The notes beneath the pieces are model-generated. The model worked only from the letters and a program-made list of their open reading frames with translations. It was not told the DNA's origin and did not search any database. This document shows, piece by piece, positions 48,754 through 51,200 of a stretch of 51,200 nucleotides of DNA. Within the stretch, counting starts at the first letter, position 1. Each line of letters starts with the position of its first letter. The stretch covers positions 1 through 51,200 of the forward strand of contig CAXBQP010000018.1 of NCBI GenBank assembly GCA_963978095.1. The letters are read 5' to 3'. A program made the translations under genes and the position numbers. This DNA is from an uncultured bacterium (GTDB lineage: Bacteria > Gemmatimonadota > Gemmatimonadetes > Gemmatimonadales > Gemmatimonadaceae).

Positions 48754-49212
48754 TTACGCCGTAGCGGGAACCTTCACCACGATCTTGCGCGTCGCCACCG
48801 GCGCGGTGACCGCGATGTTCGGGCGGTGCGCGTCCTGCGGAAAGAAAATCGCGAACATTCCGGCCTCTAGGACCAGCGAGGGAGTCGGCGCCGAGCCGTC
48901 GGCGTAAAAGCTCACGTCCTGCTCGTCATCGTAGGGAGTCGCGACGGGCAGTGCTCCGACCGGCGCGACCGGGATGCATTCGAGTCCCGAGACGAGATAC
49001 TGGATGTCCAGGTACCGCCGGTGCGACTCCCACTTCCGTTGCTCTGCCGGCTCCGTGAGGTAGGACATCACGCGGGCCTCGCAGCCCATGCCGATGTCGT
49101 GATTTCCGTCGGGCGTGGTGCCGTCGAACGCGGCGAGCCAGCGAAAGCAGTGCGCAAAGGCGGGGTGCAGCGACGCATACTGCGGCGCGTTGGCGATGAG
49201 GTCGCAGATCAT
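48754..49212 (-). CDS. YhcH/YjgK/YiaL (NanQ-like) family protein
   Basis: WESHRRYLDIQY, YDDEQDV.FY, FAIFFPQDAHRP and RKIVVKV. Confidence 0.92.
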   Translation of the reverse strand: MICDLIANAPQYASLHPAFAHCFRWLAAFDGTTPDGNHDIGMGCEARVMSYLTEPAEQRKWESHRRYLDIQYLVSGLECIPVAPVGALPVATPYDDEQDVSFYADGSAPTPSLVLEAGMFAIFFPQDAHRPNIAVTAPVATRKIVVKVPATA

Positions 49213-49264
49213 GCTGAAATGTACGGCGGGTGCCGGGAACGGCGCAGGGTCGCCGGTCGCCAGG

Positions 49265-50854
49265 TCAGGGTCGTACGGCCGGGAGCAGGTCGTAGCGATC
49301 CATCACATCACCGTTGCCGGCCGTGAGCCGCGACCGGATGTACTCCACCGTCGCTTTGGTCGGGGTCACCGTGATGCGCAGGTGTCCCGAGCTTCCGAGC
49401 AACGTTCCCGACAGGTAGCCGTAGTCGACGGCACTCGACGTCGCGTTCTCCCGTGCGAAGCTGGGTTGCGGCACTTCCTGGTAGGAGATCCCGTCGCGCG
49501 TTTGATGCACGTACAGGTGGTCGTGTCCGTGGAAAACCGCCGACACCTTGTACTGCACGAACAGGTCATGAATCGGCTTGGCCCAGCCCGCGCGCTTGGT
49601 CGCGAAGCCTGCCGTGCCGTCGGCATTGAGACCGCCCCACTCATAGTTCACCGAGGCTTCCACGCCGCCACGTGCTTCGCTGGTGCTGCCCCCCACGAGG
49701 TTGTGCAGGAAGACGAAGGTGTACTTGCTGGTGTTCTTCTGCAGCGTGCTCACGAGCCAATCGTACTGCTCCTTCCCGAGCGACCACGCCCAGTTGTCGG
49801 CCGCCTTCGACGGTTGGGTGAGCGTGGCACTGAAGGGGTCGAGGACGATGTACGTGGCATCCCCCCAGGTCCACGCGAAGTAATTGCGAGGGGTCAACGC
49901 CGAGGAGTAGAAGGCGTTGCTGATCACGGACGGGAAGTATGTGGTGCGCTGGCCGGCCGCCCATGTTTGCACCGCAGGGAGCCAGGCGAGTTCGCCGTCG
50001 TGATTCCCTTGCACCAGATACACCGGCATCGTGCGTCCGACGAGTCCGAACCAGTAGCGCTGCGCATAATATTGTGCGGCCGCGCTGTGGTAGTCCGCGT
50101 ACTTGTCGGTCATGAACGTGTCGCCCAGGTCGATCAGGAAGTCGGGCGCGTCAGCGACCATGTTGGCGAGCGTGTTCGCGTAGATGGCCAGGTCCGAGTT
50201 GTTGTCGAGATGGGAGTCCGCCTGCATCACGAAGCGATACGATGTTCCCGGACCGCGCGCGGTACGAAAGCTCCCCGAGATCGATGTGGCGCCCGGCGCG
50301 TCGACACGGTACTGGTACGCTTGGTCCGGACTCAGCCCGGTCAGGTCGACGGTGGCCAGCGTGGCAGCGGTCAGCGGCTGCGAGATCACGCGGTTGCCCG
50401 GCGTGAGCGTGATGGTCGCCGTGCGCGCGCTGGCGGACCAGAGACTCACGGTCGTCGACGACTCCGTCGGCCGTGCGAGAATCGCATTCAGGTCGATGGT
50501 GGGGACCGTGGTCTGGAAGGCGTCGGTCGGGGATCCCGTGACCGTGATGGTCGCCGATCCGGAAACACCGCTCGCGGTGGCCGAGATCGTCGCGGTCCCG
50601 GCGGTAACGCCGGTGACGACTCCCGCAGCGGAGACCGTCGCTACCGCAGTGCTGGCCGACGACCAGCTCACCGTGGGGCCGGTCATGGTCGCGCCCTTCT
50701 GATCCAGCAGGGTCGCCGCGAGCGAGGTCGTGGCGCCCACAGCGATCGAGGCGGTACTGGGCGAGACGGACACGGTGCGGACCGTGGCGGGGGTGCCGTC
50801 GACGATGACGGCGACGCTGAGGGCAAGCGCGGGCACGAGCAACGTCGCGTCGCA
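49265..50854 (-). CDS. Metallophosphoesterase (purple-acid-phosphatase-like) with N-terminal bacterial Ig-like (Big_2) domain; native start uncertain
   Basis: Big_2 pattern [39 protein letters not shown]3-like [27 protein letters not shown] and FHGHDH metal motifs. Confidence 0.87.
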   Translation of the reverse strand, partial: CDATLLVPALALSVAVIVDGTPATVRTVSVSPSTASIAVGATTSLAATLLDQKGATMTGPTVSWSSASTAVATVSAAGVVTGVTAGTATISATASGVSGSATITVTGSPTDAFQTTVPTIDLNAILARPTESSTTVSLWSASARTATITLTPGNRVISQPLTAATLATVDLTGLSPDQAYQYRVDAPGATSISGSFRTARGPGTSYRFVMQADSHLDNNSDLAIYANTLANMVADAPDFLIDLGDTFMTDKYADYHSAAAQYYAQRYWFGLVGRTMPVYLVQGNHDGELAWLPAVQTWAAGQRTTYFPSVISNAFYSSALTPRNYFAWTWGDATYIVLDPFSATLTQPSKAADNWAWSLGKEQYDWLVSTLQKNTSKYTFVFLHNLVGGSTSEARGGVEASVNYEWGGLNADGTAGFATKRAGWAKPIHDLFVQYKVSAVFHGHDHLYVHQTRDGISYQEVPQPSFARENATSSAVDYGYLSGTLLGSSGHLRITVTPTKATVEYIRSRLTAGNGDVMDRYDLLPAVRP

Positions 50855-51199
50855 CTGGCGCAGCAGCGGCGTCAGCACCTTGTCGAGGAACACCGCCTCG
50901 CGGTCGAAGATGTCGACCTCCGGGTCGGTCACCTCGCCGTGCACCAGCAGCGGCATGCCCGCCTTCTCCATCGCCTCGAGACCACGGGCAATCCGGTCCA
51001 TCGAGGTCACGCCGTGCGCCGAGTTGGTGGTGGCATGGGCCGGGTAGAGCTTGGCCGCCACCCAGACGCCCTGCTGCTTGCCGTTGGCCAGCTCGACCGG
51101 GTCGGCGCCGTCGGTCAGGTAGCAGGTCATCAGCGGCTCGAAGCCGAGATCGGCCGGGACCGCCCTGCGGATGCGGTCGCGGTAGGCCACGGCCTCGGC
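50855..51199 (-). CDS. pyrC: Fragment of type II (E. coli-like) dihydroorotase; 5'-partial at window edge and cut off near 50855
   Basis: [34 protein letters not shown] and [23 protein letters not shown]; the following V.EHITT motif is absent. Confidence 0.92.
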
Positions 51200-51200
51200 G

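Noticed and set aside
49265..51190. A genuine 641-aa dihydroorotase-phosphoesterase fusion enzyme
   Set aside because: The dihydroorotase barrel is cut mid-domain and lacks essential ligands, and a cytoplasmic enzyme fragment is joined to an exported-type protein. Treated as a junction instead.

Overview
High-GC bacterial chromosomal segment; gene content and protein style suggest Gemmatimonadota (inference). It holds about 40 densely packed protein-coding genes. I found no rRNA, tRNA, CRISPR array, transposase or integrase. Most genes encode exported or envelope proteins (esterases, beta-propellers, PQQ dehydrogenase, penicillin acylase, GH95). There is a strong oxidative-stress, thiol and metal theme: katG, sodC, dsbD with a TlpA-like protein, ctaA, a truncated haemoglobin, a CusRS-like two-component system and DUF305. 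The best candidate for an under-described system is 19341-23499: a secreted His/Met/Cys-rich leader ORF ending in LPFANGPP (a variant of the RAPP/RGPP ribosome-arrest motif), a structured spacer with alternative pairings, a TonB-dependent receptor and an Asp-box protein with a CYCC motif. This would be a CruR-like metal-sensing translational control cassette. Other notable points: seven genes with a TAnnnT box 5-7 nt before an SD-less ATG (probable leaderless mRNAs), a half-size MFS protein, a GH95 gene split by a 1-nt frameshift, and an abrupt in-frame junction near 50855 between a type II dihydroorotase (pyrC) fragment and an Ig-domain metallophosphoesterase, probably an assembly chimera. 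All family assignments come from motif recognition by eye; no database search was run.
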